Notes: generated by a model from the sequence alone, not told the origin. A DNA stretch of 64,000 bases from an uncultured Eubacterium sp. (GCA_947178105.1 CAMWXD010000019.1:216-64215); one strand, 5' to 3'; positions 1 to 10,350 are shown, counted from the stretch's first letter. Made by a program: numbers and translations.

Positions 1-49
1 CACGTTGTAAGATCCTGTTTTTGCAGGGGATTGATATGCAGATGGGGGT

Positions 50-379
50 TTGGATATGATTGCGTTATTGGAAGTGTTATTGCATCATATTGTAGAGATT
101 GCGATTCTGATTTTTGAATTTATCGGGGTCGGCATCATTATTTTTTCCGGGTTGCAGGGATTTTTTCTCTATTTAAAGCGTTCTCCTGCGACAAAGCTTA
201 CGCTGGCAAAGGGGCTTGCGATGGGGCTGGAATTTAAGCTCGGCAGCGAAATTTTAAGGACAGTCGTTGTCCGCGAGTGGCAGGAGATCGGGACGGTCGC
301 AGGGATCATTGTGCTGCGGGCGGCTCTGACGTTTTTAATCCATTGGGAAATCAAGGAGGAGGAAAAAGGGATCGAGTAA
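50..379 (+). CDS. DUF1622-type small membrane protein
   Basis: 109 aa hydrophobic ORF with the GLEFKLGSEILRT...AGIIVLRAALTFLIHWEI motif typical of this family; TTG start. Confidence 0.7.
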   Translation: MDMIALLEVLLHHIVEIAILIFEFIGVGIIIFSGLQGFFLYLKRSPATKLTLAKGLAMGLEFKLGSEILRTVVVREWQEIGTVAGIIVLRAALTFLIHWEIKEEEKGIE

Positions 380-386
380 ACTGGCT

Positions 387-436
387 CTGCCCTGGACGAA
401 ACAGTCTGTAAAAGCGTTTCGTCCAGGGCAGTTTTT
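387..436 (+). terminator. Rho-independent terminator
   Basis: 16-bp stem ctgccctggacgaaac / gtttcgtccagggcag followed by ttttt. Confidence 0.75.
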
Positions 437-518
437 GAGAAATATCCCCCTGGGAGGCTTGCAGGACGTGTATTGGTATGCGAAAATAATGCCTGGAAAT
501 AATTAGGAAAGGCAGGTT

Positions 519-2081
519 ATGATTATGAAAAAAAGGATTCTTTGCCTGTTGTTTCTTGCGGCAGTATGTTTGTGTGCTGCCTGCGGCGGGGCGCCGTCTG
601 GCAAGGAGGATGCACAAGAAGGCACAAAGCAGTCCGTGCTTGTATACGGCAGCGGGGATTATACGAGGATCAATCCGGCGATGGATGAGCATGGAGAGAT
701 CAACAGCCTGCTTTTTAACGGGCTGACCGCGCATAACGGTGAAAACGAGGCTGTTCCCTGCCTGGCAAAACGATGGGAATTCGACAAGGATACAAATACA
801 TATACGTTTTATCTGGAAGAGGATGTAAAATGGCATGACGGGGAGGATTTTACCGCAGAGGATGTAAAGTTTACGATCGAAGCTGTGATGGATCCTGAAA
901 ATGGTTCGGAGAATGCGCCGAATTATGAAGATATCCTGGAAATCCGTGTGATAGACGATCATACCATTGCGTTTCAACTGGCGGCGTATCATGCAGCGTT
1001 TTTGGATTATATGACGCTTCCGGTGCTGCCTGCGCACTGCCTGCGCGGAGAGGATATGCAGGAGTCTGATTTTTTCCGCCATCCCATCGGCACTGGAGCA
1101 TACAAGCTGGAGCGCTGGGACGAAGGGCAGGAGATTGTGCTGACAAAAAATGAGCAGTATTTTAAGGAAAAGGCAAACATCAGCCAGATCGTGTTTAAAA
1201 TCGTCCCGGATGATACGGCAAAGGCAGTCCAGATGGAGTCCGGCGAGCTTGACCTTGCGCTGCTTTCGCCGAAGGATGCACAGTCTTTTGCAGGCAGGGA
1301 TGCCTATACCTGTTATGACATGAAAACCTCGGATTATCGCGGGATTATGTTTAACTTTCGCCATGCATACTGGAAGAAAAATAAAGACCTGATCCCAGCG
1401 GTCTGCTATGCGCTGGACAAAGAGGCAATGGTCGATGCGATTCTGCTTGGGCATGGAGTGGCTGCTTACGGCCCGCTGCAGCGCAACCGTTACAATTATG
1501 AGGGCATGGAGCATTATAGCTATCAGCCGCAGAAAGCAAGGCAGGTTCTGGAAGAGGCAGGCTGTACCATGGGCAGCGACGGTTATTACCAAAGAGATGG
1601 GGAGACGGTAGGCTTTGTGCTCAGTGTCGGTGCTGGCGATCAGGTACGTGCGGATCTGGCACAGGCGGCGGCACAGCAGCTAAAGGAAGCCGGTATCCAG
1701 TGTACCGTAGAGATCCCGGTACAGGTGGACTGGGAAGGGCAGATGGCATATTTGATCGGCTGGGGCAGCCCGTTTGATGCGGACGACCATACTTATAAGG
1801 TGTTCGGTACAGACAAAGCTGCCAATTTCAGCGGATACTCCAATGAAAAAGTCGATCAGTACCTTACCAGGGCACGCCAGTCAGAGGATCCAAAGGTGCG
1901 GGCAAAGGCTTATGCACAGTTTCAGACAGAGCTTGCAAAAGACCCAGCATTTGCGTTTTTATGTTATGTAGATGCGGCCTATGTGGCAAAGTCCAGGGTC
2001 AGAGGGATTGCGCCGGACACAGTTATGGGGCATCATGGAGTTGGGATTTTCTGGAATGTGACAGAGTGGACAGTGGAATGA
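519..2081 (+). CDS. ABC transporter substrate-binding lipoprotein, family 5 (peptide/nickel)
   Basis: Lipobox LCAACG; KWHDGEDFTAEDVKFT and PIGTGAYK motifs; RBS aaggcagg. Confidence 0.9.
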   Translation: MIMKKRILCLLFLAAVCLCAACGGAPSGKEDAQEGTKQSVLVYGSGDYTRINPAMDEHGEINSLLFNGLTAHNGENEAVPCLAKRWEFDKDTNTYTFYLEEDVKWHDGEDFTAEDVKFTIEAVMDPENGSENAPNYEDILEIRVIDDHTIAFQLAAYHAAFLDYMTLPVLPAHCLRGEDMQESDFFRHPIGTGAYKLERWDEGQEIVLTKNEQYFKEKANISQIVFKIVPDDTAKAVQMESGELDLALLSPKDAQSFAGRDAYTCYDMKTSDYRGIMFNFRHAYWKKNKDLIPAVCYALDKEAMVDAILLGHGVAAYGPLQRNRYNYEGMEHYSYQPQKARQVLEEAGCTMGSDGYYQRDGETVGFVLSVGAGDQVRADLAQAAAQQLKEAGIQCTVEIPVQVDWEGQMAYLIGWGSPFDADDHTYKVFGTDKAANFSGYSNEKVDQYLTRARQSEDPKVRAKAYAQFQTELAKDPAFAFLCYVDAAYVAKSRVRGIAPDTVMGHHGVGIFWNVTEWTVE

Positions 2082-4123
2082 CAAAGCGAATAAAAATAGA
2101 AGCAGAAGAAGCCGTCACACGGCAAGCCAAACAAAAGACAGCCGTATTAGAAGCAGCGCATTTATCCGTCAGCTTTCAAACACCGCAGGGGGAAGTGCAG
2201 GCGGTGCGGGATGTCAGCTTTTGCCTGTATCCGGGAGAAGTGCTTGCTGTTGTAGGGGAATCTGGCTGTGGAAAAAGCGTTATGTGCAAAAGCATCTTAA
2301 AGCTTTTGCCTGCTTACGCCAATATCCAATCGGACAGTATCTGCATGAATGGAACCGAGATCAGCGGATATGGAGAGCGGGAGATGTGCCGTCTGCGGGG
2401 GAAGGCTGCCGCCATGATCTTCCAGGATCCGATGGATTCCCTGAACCCGTCTGTGGCAATCGGAGCACAGATCGCCGAGGCGGCCAGGGTGCACCAGCCT
2501 GCCCTTTCTCGTAAAAGCGTACAGCAGCAGGTGGAAAGGCTGCTTTGCATGGTGGGGATTGACCACCCGACGGAGCGGAAAAAGCAGTACCCGCACCAGG
2601 TTTCCGGCGGAATGCTGCAGCGGATTGTGCTTGCAGCGGCGCTTGCCCAAAATCCGCAGATTTTATTTGCAGACGAGCCGACGACAGCGCTGGATGCCAC
2701 AGCCCAGGCAAGCCTGCTGGATCTTTTGGACGAGGTGCGCCAAAGGCTGGGCATGGCAGTCGTATTTGTAACGCATGACCTGGGCGCGGCTGCAAGGCTG
2801 GCGGACCGTGTCGCAGTCATGTATGCCGGAAAGATCATAGAGATCGGTACAGCTCAGGAGATTTACCACGATCCAAAGCATCCCTATACATGGGGGCTGC
2901 TGCGTTCCCTGCCTGTTTTTTCCAGAGGGAAAGCGTTTTTGCCTGTGATCCCTGGAATGCCGCCGTCTTTGCTGCATCCGCCAAAGGGAGATGCGTTTGC
3001 CTGCCGCAATGCATATGCCCTTGGGATCGACTATGAGATCGAGCCGCCAGTATTTGCAGTCAGCGCCACGCATCAGGCTTCCACCTGGCTGCTGGATAAG
3101 CGCGCACCGAAAAGCGCTGTCCTGCCTATACAGGAAGAAGGGCAGCACAGACAAAAGGGGATCATGCTGGAAGAAAAAAGGCACAGGAAAAAAGAGCTGA
3201 TCCTGGATGTGCAGCATCTGTCGCATCATTTTCCGCTGTCGAAAAAGACGGCTGTCCAGGCTGTCTGCGACGTGTCGTTTCAGATATACAGGGGCGAAGC
3301 CTTTGGGCTGGTTGGAGCGTCTGGTTCTGGAAAATCTACGGTTGCACGCTGTGTGATGAACCTTTGTACGCCAAAAAGCGGCAGAGTGTTTTATAAAGGG
3401 ATCGATAGCTGCGATGCAAAAGCGTTCCGCAGGCACAGGCGCATGATGCAGCAGACAAGGCAGATGATTTTCCAGGATACAGCCGCCAGCCTGAATCCGC
3501 GGATGAAGGTATGCGAGATTATCACTGAGCCGATGAAGATCCATCGGATTTCTCCGAAAAGAGGCTCCTATCGTGCAGAAGCGGCGTTTCAAATGAAATA
3601 CACCGGGCTGGACGAGCAGTATCTGGATGCATACCCGTCTGCACTGTCCGGCGGGCAGAGGCAGCGTGTGGCGATTGCCAGGGCGCTTACGATGGAGCCG
3701 GAGCTATTGGTGGCTGACGAGCCGGTTGCATCGCTCGATGTATCAATGCAGGCGCAGATTGTAAATTTATTTAAACATTTGCAGCAGGAGCATGGATTTT
3801 CGTTTCTATTTATCGCACATGACCTTGCAGTGGTAGAATTTTTGTGTGATCGGGTGGGTGTGATGTACCGCGGAAGGCTTGTAGAATGTGCCCCGGTAAA
3901 AGAGCTGTTTGCACAGCCGCTGCATCCGTATACGAAGTCGCTGCTGTCAGCGGCCCCGATCCCAGACCCGGAAAAAGAGCGTGCAAGAAAGCGCCGGGGG
4001 TTTCGGGAGGAAGCCTTTGGCTGCGACGGCATATGGACACAGGCTGCGCCTGAGCATTTTGTCCTGCAAGGCAGGCAGAATACAGGAAAACATGAAGGAG
4101 CTTCGAACGCAGGAGGGATGTAA
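2078..4123 (+). CDS. Fused dual-ATPase ABC subunit (OppD/OppF-like)
   Basis: Two Walker A motifs (GESGCGKS, GASGSGKS), two signatures (VSGGM, LSGGQ), two HPYT motifs; ATG at 2078 overlaps upstream TGA. Confidence 0.9.
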   Translation: MTKRIKIEAEEAVTRQAKQKTAVLEAAHLSVSFQTPQGEVQAVRDVSFCLYPGEVLAVVGESGCGKSVMCKSILKLLPAYANIQSDSICMNGTEISGYGEREMCRLRGKAAAMIFQDPMDSLNPSVAIGAQIAEAARVHQPALSRKSVQQQVERLLCMVGIDHPTERKKQYPHQVSGGMLQRIVLAAALAQNPQILFADEPTTALDATAQASLLDLLDEVRQRLGMAVVFVTHDLGAAARLADRVAVMYAGKIIEIGTAQEIYHDPKHPYTWGLLRSLPVFSRGKAFLPVIPGMPPSLLHPPKGDAFACRNAYALGIDYEIEPPVFAVSATHQASTWLLDKRAPKSAVLPIQEEGQHRQKGIMLEEKRHRKKELILDVQHLSHHFPLSKKTAVQAVCDVSFQIYRGEAFGLVGASGSGKSTVARCVMNLCTPKSGRVFYKGIDSCDAKAFRRHRRMMQQTRQMIFQDTAASLNPRMKVCEIITEPMKIHRISPKRGSYRAEAAFQMKYTGLDEQYLDAYPSALSGGQRQRVAIARALTMEPELLVADEPVASLDVSMQAQIVNLFKHLQQEHGFSFLFIAHDLAVVEFLCDRVGVMYRGRLVECAPVKELFAQPLHPYTKSLLSAAPIPDPEKERARKRRGFREEAFGCDGIWTQAAPEHFVLQGRQNTGKHEGASNAGGM

Positions 4124-4128
4124 GAGAG

Positions 4129-5091
4129 ATGTTTTTTGGAATAAAGAGACTGTTGCTGTTTTTGCTGAGCATATTCTGCCTTACGACGGCTGCGTTTTAC
4201 ATCTCCAGGCTTGCGCCGGGGGATCCACTGGTGTCTTATTATGGAGAACGTGTTGAGAGGATGAGCAGCCAAGAGCGCGCGCAGGCGGAGGAGAGGCTGG
4301 GACTGCATGACCCGGTTTCGGTGCAGTATATCCGCTGGCTGGAGCGTGCCGTACAGGGGGATTTTGGGATTTCCTACAAATATAAAATGGACGTGCTTGC
4401 TCTGATCCGCGGGCGTGCCGGCAATACGCTTTTGCTGGGCGGCATTGGGTTTTTGTTGATTTTTACGCTTGCTTTGCTGCTTGGCATATTGTGTGCATGG
4501 AAGGAAGAAAGTTTCCTGGACCGTGCGATCTGTAAAATCGGTACGGTTTCGAGCTGTATTCCAGAGTATTGGCTGTCCATTGTCCTGATCCTTTTGTTTG
4601 CAGTCCATTTCAGGTGGCTGCCAAGCAGCGGCGCTTATACGGCAGGAAAAGAGCATGATCCTATAGACCGGATGCGCCACCTTATCCTGCCGCTGTCTGT
4701 CGTGGTATTTGGCCATTTGTGGTACTATGCTTACCTGATACGCACCAGGATACGGGAAGAGCTGCGGGCGGGCTATGTGCTGTTTGCAAAAGCAAAGGGG
4801 CTGTCGAACAGAAGCATTCTGATCCGGCACTGCCTCAGAAATGCGCTGCCAGCTTATTTCAGCCTGATGGCAATTTCTGTGCCGCATATTTTGGGCGGGA
4901 CATATATGATCGAGATGGTTTTTTCGTATCCAGGGCTTGGAACGCTGGCTTATGAAAGCGCCAGGTACCAGGACTATCATGTTTTGATGCTTTTATGCGT
5001 ATTGTCGGGCGTGCTTGTTATTTTATGCAGCATGGCTGCGCAGGCAATCAATGAAAAGCTGGATCCAAGAATACGGCAGGAAAATGGATGA
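4129..5091 (+). CDS. ABC transporter permease (OppB/NikB-like)
   Basis: PGDP, GDFGISY, AKAKGLS...RHCLRNAL, FSYPGLG motifs. Confidence 0.9.
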   Translation: MFFGIKRLLLFLLSIFCLTTAAFYISRLAPGDPLVSYYGERVERMSSQERAQAEERLGLHDPVSVQYIRWLERAVQGDFGISYKYKMDVLALIRGRAGNTLLLGGIGFLLIFTLALLLGILCAWKEESFLDRAICKIGTVSSCIPEYWLSIVLILLFAVHFRWLPSSGAYTAGKEHDPIDRMRHLILPLSVVVFGHLWYYAYLIRTRIREELRAGYVLFAKAKGLSNRSILIRHCLRNALPAYFSLMAISVPHILGGTYMIEMVFSYPGLGTLAYESARYQDYHVLMLLCVLSGVLVILCSMAAQAINEKLDPRIRQENG

Positions 5092-5176
5092 CTGGCAGGA
5101 TGAAAAGGATAAAAAGCAACGGCAGGAAAATGGACGACTGACAGGATGAAAAGGATAAAAAGCAACGGCTGGAAAA
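5073..5176. repeat. 46-bp tandem duplication (about 2.25 copies) at the permease-permease junction
   Basis: acggcaggaaaatgga(t/c)gactg(g/a)caggatgaaaaggataaaaagca at 5073-5118 and 5119-5164, partial third copy. Confidence 0.9.
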
Positions 5177-6147
5177 GCGTAAGGGACAGGAAGGGGACGG
5201 AAACAGCTATGGACGCAAAAAGTGCGAAAGCCATGCCGCAGGCGCAAATACCGGCCGGAACGCAAGTTCCAATGGATCATCTGCCATGCCGCGATGCATT
5301 TCAGGTAGTGGGGATCCGCAAGATGCCGCAGCAGGCGGCGGAAAAGAAAAAATGGTACAGGGGAAAGCCGGTTTTATCTGCTGCGGTGCTTTTTTTGATT
5401 GTTGCCGGCTGTCTGTGCTGTGAGCTTATTATGACAAAAGACCCTTTGTATTTGGATCTGCAAAACTGCCAGGTTCCTCCAAACAGGGAATTTCTATTTG
5501 GTACGGATACGCTGGGAAGGGATATTTTTTCGATGATATGGTATGGCGGCAGGATTTCGCTACAGATCGGAGTGGGCGCTGCGTGTATCGCCTCAGGGAT
5601 TGCGATTGTATTTGGGGCAGTAAACGGCTGCGCGCCGGCGTGGGCGGACGTGCTGCTGGTGCGGTTTACGGAAATATTGCTCAGTGTGCCAGGGCTGCTG
5701 CTCGTTATTTTGTTGCAGGCAGTTTTGGGGAAAGCAAATGGATACACCATGTCGTTTGTCATTGGCATTACGAGCTGGATGAGCATGGCAAAGATGATCC
5801 GTACCGAGGTGCGCCAGATTCGAAACAGCGCCTATGTACAAGCCTCCGTATGCATGGGCGGCAGTTTTTGGCATATCCTGAGGAAGCATCTGGCGCCGAA
5901 TTTTATACCGTCCATGATGTTTATGGCGGTTATGAATATCCGCAGCGCGATTGCTTCGGAAGCTGCGCTCAGCTTTATGGGGCTGGGGCTGCCGGTAGAG
6001 GTAGTTTCCTGGGGGAGTATGCTTTCACTTTCGCAAAAGGCGCTGTTTGGCGGAGCCTGGTGGATGATTCTGATTCCGGGGGCGTTTTTGATTACGACGC
6101 TGGTATGTATTACAAATCTATGCACAGATAAGCAGTGGAAGATCTGA
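5146..6147 (+). CDS. ABC transporter permease (OppC/NikC-like); true start may be further downstream
   Basis: LFGTDTLGRDIFS...GGRISL, RKHLAPN, LSFMGLG, SWGSML motifs. Confidence 0.88.
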   Translation: MKRIKSNGWKSVRDRKGTETAMDAKSAKAMPQAQIPAGTQVPMDHLPCRDAFQVVGIRKMPQQAAEKKKWYRGKPVLSAAVLFLIVAGCLCCELIMTKDPLYLDLQNCQVPPNREFLFGTDTLGRDIFSMIWYGGRISLQIGVGAACIASGIAIVFGAVNGCAPAWADVLLVRFTEILLSVPGLLLVILLQAVLGKANGYTMSFVIGITSWMSMAKMIRTEVRQIRNSAYVQASVCMGGSFWHILRKHLAPNFIPSMMFMAVMNIRSAIASEAALSFMGLGLPVEVVSWGSMLSLSQKALFGGAWWMILIPGAFLITTLVCITNLCTDKQWKI

Positions 6148-6218
6148 ACAATGGCAGGGGTTGCTTTTTTGAGCCTGCCATTCGTAGATTTGATTTGTAG
6201 ATTTGATACAAAAAAATC

Positions 6219-6304
6219 TTGACATTAAAATCTTACTGATGTAATATTTAATAAGGCATAGAAGCATTTTATTTTTTTGCCATATTTTCTCACATCTGTA
6301 AGAA
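6219..6304 (+). promoter_or_regulatory. SigA-type promoter of the PBP gene with two putative BlaI/MecI operators
   Basis: TTGACA(6219-6224)-N17-TAATAT(6242-6247); TTAC-TGAT-GTAA at 6233-6244; imperfect dyad TTCTCACATCTGTAAGAA at 6287-6304. Confidence 0.7.
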
Positions 6305-6347
6305 TAATAGTAGGAAAAAACATAGTGGAAGGGGGAAGAAACATAAA

Positions 6348-8531
6348 ATGAAACGGCATACAAACATAAGCAGAAACACAAGCAGGATTAGCAGACAAAA
6401 AAGGAAAAACAGATTGCTGGCAAGCGCGATTCTGATCGGAGCGGCTGTTTTATGCAGCCTGCTTTGCCTGTTGTTTGTGTCAGCGGGGGCAGGGCGTCAT
6501 GGAAAAGGACAACGGCAGTTTTGGAAAGGACAGGAACAGGAAAAGCAAAAAACACCAGAGGAGCTTTTGCTTGCCTATATGGACTACGTCGCAGAAGAAA
6601 ATTATGAAGCAATGTATGGCATGTTGGATGTCGAGGCGTCTGGCGATATATCAAAAGAAGATTTTATAAATAGAAACGCTGCGATCTACGAAGGAATTGG
6701 AATAAATAATCTAAATATAACAAATGTAGCATACAATAAAGAAAATGAAACCGTAAGTTTTAAAATGACGTTTAATACGTTAGCAGGAGAAATTTGCTTT
6801 GAAAATGAAGCGTGTTTTTATAAAACAGAAGATGCATATAAGCTTGCCTGGTCGGATGCGCTGATCTTTCCGCAGCTTCTGCAAACGGATAAGGTACGGG
6901 TATCTGTGCTGGAGGCTAAGCGGGGAGAGATCTTAGATAGGGACGGCAGAATGCTTGCTGGCTGGGGGACGGCGGCAACGGTTGGCATTGTGCCGGGAAA
7001 GCTTGGGGACAAAGCGTCGGATATTGCCAGGATTGCTGAGCTGCTGGAGATGGAGCAGGCCGCGGTGCTAAAAAAACTGGAGGCAGGCTGGGTGAAGGAT
7101 GATTCGTTTGTACCGCTGCGGACGCTTCCGGGTGTGAAGGAAATCGACTTGCTGTCTATAGAAGCGGATGCCGGGATGCTGGAAGAAAAAGCAAGGCAGG
7201 ATCAGTTACTGCAAATTCCGGGCGTCATGATCTCAGAGACGAAAATACGAGAATATCCTTACAGAGAGGCAGCAGCGCATCTGATTGGTTATGTTCAGAA
7301 TGTAACGGCTGAAGATCTGGAGAAACATGCCGGGGAAGGGTATACGTCAAACAGCATGATCGGCAGGACGGGCATGGAGGGATTGTTTGAAAAAGAATTA
7401 AGAGGGGAGAATGGGTGCAGGATTTATATTACGGACCAGGCTGGAAAAGAAAAAACGGAGCTGGCAAAAAAAGAGGTGCGGCATGGAATAAATCTTACAC
7501 TTTCGATCGATGCAAGGCTGCAAGAGTACTTATATGAACAGTTTCAGGAAGATAAGAGCTGTTCCGCTGCGATTGACCCTGGGACGGGCGAGGTGCTTGC
7601 GCTGGTGAGCACGCCGTCGTATGATAATAATGATTTTATTTTTGGAATGTCTGAGGAACAATGGAACTTATTAAATGAAGATGAAAACAAGCCGCTGTAC
7701 AACCGTTTTCGACAGGTATGGTGTCCCGGGTCTACCTTTAAGCCGGTAATTGCGGCAATCGGGCTGGAAACAGGGACGTTAGACCCTATGGAGGATTTTG
7801 GGCCTGAAGGGTTGAGCTGGCAGAAAGATGCGTCCTGGGGCGCATACCATGTGACGACGCTGCATGAGTATGCGCCGCATGTGCTGGAAAACGCACTGAT
7901 CTGGTCTGATAACATTTACTTTGCGAAAGCAGCCCTCAAAATCGGCAGGGAGCAGTTAGAAGAACATTTATTAAAAGTAGGTTTTGCAAATAAAATACCG
8001 TTTGAAATCACAATGGCAAACGCACAGTTTTCCAATGAGGAGCATATACAGTCAGAAATCCAGTTGGCAGACAGCGGATATGGGCAGGGGCAGGTCTTGA
8101 TCAATCCGCTGCATCTTGCCTGTATTTATTCTGCATTTTATAATAACGGGACAATGGTGATGCCGCGTCTGACAGGCAGGCCGGATGAAAAGCCAAAGGC
8201 ATGGGTTGCCGATGCATTTTCCAAGGATACGGCGAACCAGGTGCTGGAAGGGCTGAAAAAAGTCGTGAACCACCCGGATGGGACGGGATATGCGCTGCAC
8301 CGGGACGATCTGGTACTGGCTGGCAAGACCGGGACGGCGGAGATCAAGGCGTCCAAGGAGGATACGACAGGCACAGAGCTTGGGTGGATGGCTGTATTTA
8401 CTGCCGATCCTTCTGCCTTGCGCCCGATCCTGCTTGTCAGTATGACAGAAGATGTCAAAGGGCGCGGAGGAAGCGGATATGTCGTGCAAAAGGTCAAAAC
8501 AGTGCTGGATCACTGGCTGGATGAGGAATGA
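6348..8531 (+). CDS. Class B1 penicillin-binding transpeptidase (MecA/PBP2a-, PBP5-like) with NTF2-like N-terminal domain
   Basis: N-terminal TM; KRGEILDR; catalytic STFK, SDN, KTG; LADSGYGQGQVLINP and GKTGTAEIK resemble PBP2a segments. Confidence 0.88.
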   Translation: MKRHTNISRNTSRISRQKRKNRLLASAILIGAAVLCSLLCLLFVSAGAGRHGKGQRQFWKGQEQEKQKTPEELLLAYMDYVAEENYEAMYGMLDVEASGDISKEDFINRNAAIYEGIGINNLNITNVAYNKENETVSFKMTFNTLAGEICFENEACFYKTEDAYKLAWSDALIFPQLLQTDKVRVSVLEAKRGEILDRDGRMLAGWGTAATVGIVPGKLGDKASDIARIAELLEMEQAAVLKKLEAGWVKDDSFVPLRTLPGVKEIDLLSIEADAGMLEEKARQDQLLQIPGVMISETKIREYPYREAAAHLIGYVQNVTAEDLEKHAGEGYTSNSMIGRTGMEGLFEKELRGENGCRIYITDQAGKEKTELAKKEVRHGINLTLSIDARLQEYLYEQFQEDKSCSAAIDPGTGEVLALVSTPSYDNNDFIFGMSEEQWNLLNEDENKPLYNRFRQVWCPGSTFKPVIAAIGLETGTLDPMEDFGPEGLSWQKDASWGAYHVTTLHEYAPHVLENALIWSDNIYFAKAALKIGREQLEEHLLKVGFANKIPFEITMANAQFSNEEHIQSEIQLADSGYGQGQVLINPLHLACIYSAFYNNGTMVMPRLTGRPDEKPKAWVADAFSKDTANQVLEGLKKVVNHPDGTGYALHRDDLVLAGKTGTAEIKASKEDTTGTELGWMAVFTADPSALRPILLVSMTEDVKGRGGSGYVVQKVKTVLDHWLDEE

Positions 8532-8552
8532 GGAAACGGATTTTTGCAGGGG

Positions 8553-10349
8553 CTATTTCCAGATATGCAGCTTTGCAAGAATATCCAGCGTAAGCTGTGC
8601 CGCCGCAGAGCCGTCGGCATGGCTTTCTTTTTGGATATTTGTCGCAAAAAAGCAGGTGCGGCTGCCTTTTTCCACAAATCCGACCAGCCAGCCGGAAATG
8701 TTGTTTCCTTCGCAGGCGACGGTGCCGGTTTTTCCATAAAGCGCACCGCTGCCGTCAGACTCCAGTTGGATTGCCTGTTTTACTGCTTCGATATGTTCTG
8801 GTGCAAAACCAAAGGCATTGTGATAAAATTTTTGCAGCAGCTCTACCTGTTCGACTGGGGATATTTTCAAAGTCCCATCTGTCCAGTAGCTTGCCGGGTC
8901 GTTGTTTGCCATTTGGTTACCATAGCCGATCTTTTGGATATGGCGTCTGGCCTCGTCCATGCCAGCGCGTGTATCTATCGCCTGAAAATACCAGTTTACA
9001 GAATTTTTCATCGCAGAAGTTAAATCCTGGTCTGCATTCCAGGATTCGTAGCTGTATCTGCGCCCGTTCCAGCGGATGACGGACTGATCAGGCGTAATGG
9101 TTCCGGTTTCCAGGCCGAGCAGGGCGCTGTAGATTTTATAAGTGGAAGCCGGGGGCATCCGAGTAAGGGCAGCGTCCTTTTGATAAATCTGCCAGGAATT
9201 GTCCGCGGTATCGTAGAGTACAAAGCTGCCGTTGTAGCTGCCAAATGCTTCCGCCAGGTCGAGGCTGCGAACCTGCCTGCCTTGCTCACTGAAAAAATAG
9301 CGGCTGTTGTCAGCGGCCTGTGTGGACAAAAGCGGAAGAAAGGCGGATACGGCTGCCGCCGTAAGAAGGAGCGCCAGAGTGCTTTGCGCACGCTGCTTCT
9401 TTGTAGCTGGCTGATAGGCTGCAATATGCAGCACACGCTTTTTGATCTGCGCCATCGTTCCGCCAATGCCGGCAGCAGAAGGAAAGGACGGCGCGGATAC
9501 GTGCTGTGCCAGGTCGAGCAGCGTGTTTCCATAATCCGCATAAGCATCTGGATGCAGCAGCTTTAGTACAGAAGCGTCACAGGCGGTTTCCCGGTCTGTA
9601 TGCATTTGCGATAGGGCATATAGGATAACGGGGTGAAACCAGTACACAATGCGTGTAAGCTTCATCAGCAACTGCACGAGCGTGTCCCTGTGCCTGTAAT
9701 GCGACAGCTCATGCAAAAGCATATATCGAACCTGCCTGGCAGGGCAATCGCAGATGACCTGGATTGGCAGGTAAATACATGGCTTGAAAAATCCGGCAAT
9801 GACCGGAGAGCGCAAAAAGGCTGTGCTGTATACCGGAATTTCTTTTTTTATCTGCATTTCCCGCAGGCAGAAACGGTAAATGCTGCGTATGTCAGCATTT
9901 TGCAGCGGGAGCGCGGACTGGCGGATTCGGCGAAAGCACATGGTGTGGCGGAGGAAAAAAACAGCCGTCAAGGCAGCGCCTGCGATCCAAAGGCAGAAAA
10001 GAAACTGTCCAATTCCAGAAGGCGCATTACTGGTGACGGATATGCCAATATCATGTGCCCAGCCTGCGACGCCTGCCGGGCGCACGTTGAGGGCATCTTC
10101 CGCCATGCCTTGCCTGGAAGAGCCATCCGCGGCGCAGAGCAGCTTTAAAACAGCAAAGGCTTGCGGCATTCGTATAGAAGGAAGCGGCAGCAACGGCACG
10201 AGGCAGGCTCCAAGTAGAAGAAACCATAAATGGTACGCAGTGCGGCTTGTGAGATATTTGCCAAACAGCCGCCGGACGGCGAAGAGCATCCCGGCAATCA
10301 GGCTGAGCCATACATTACAGATCAGAAATGCTATCATAAAATCTGCCAT
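8553..10349 (-). CDS. blaR1: BlaR1/MecR1 family beta-lactam sensor/signal transducer
   Basis: M56 protease HELSH and DRETACD; C-terminal sensor with PASTYK, SVNWYF, KTGT. Confidence 0.92.
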   Translation of the reverse strand: MADFMIAFLICNVWLSLIAGMLFAVRRLFGKYLTSRTAYHLWFLLLGACLVPLLPLPSIRMPQAFAVLKLLCAADGSSRQGMAEDALNVRPAGVAGWAHDIGISVTSNAPSGIGQFLFCLWIAGAALTAVFFLRHTMCFRRIRQSALPLQNADIRSIYRFCLREMQIKKEIPVYSTAFLRSPVIAGFFKPCIYLPIQVICDCPARQVRYMLLHELSHYRHRDTLVQLLMKLTRIVYWFHPVILYALSQMHTDRETACDASVLKLLHPDAYADYGNTLLDLAQHVSAPSFPSAAGIGGTMAQIKKRVLHIAAYQPATKKQRAQSTLALLLTAAAVSAFLPLLSTQAADNSRYFFSEQGRQVRSLDLAEAFGSYNGSFVLYDTADNSWQIYQKDAALTRMPPASTYKIYSALLGLETGTITPDQSVIRWNGRRYSYESWNADQDLTSAMKNSVNWYFQAIDTRAGMDEARRHIQKIGYGNQMANNDPASYWTDGTLKISPVEQVELLQKFYHNAFGFAPEHIEAVKQAIQLESDGSGALYGKTGTVACEGNNISGWLVGFVEKGSRTCFFATNIQKESHADGSAAAQLTLDILAKLHIWK

Positions 10350-10350
10350 G

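Noticed and set aside
351-4980. Long minus-strand ORFs (351-1592, 2663-3592, 3589-4980)
   Set aside because: Antisense shadows of well-supported ABC genes; no recognisable motifs or RBS
8553-9300. Class D beta-lactamase-like sequence
   Set aside because: It is the C-terminal sensor domain fused to the M56 protease in BlaR1, not a standalone enzyme
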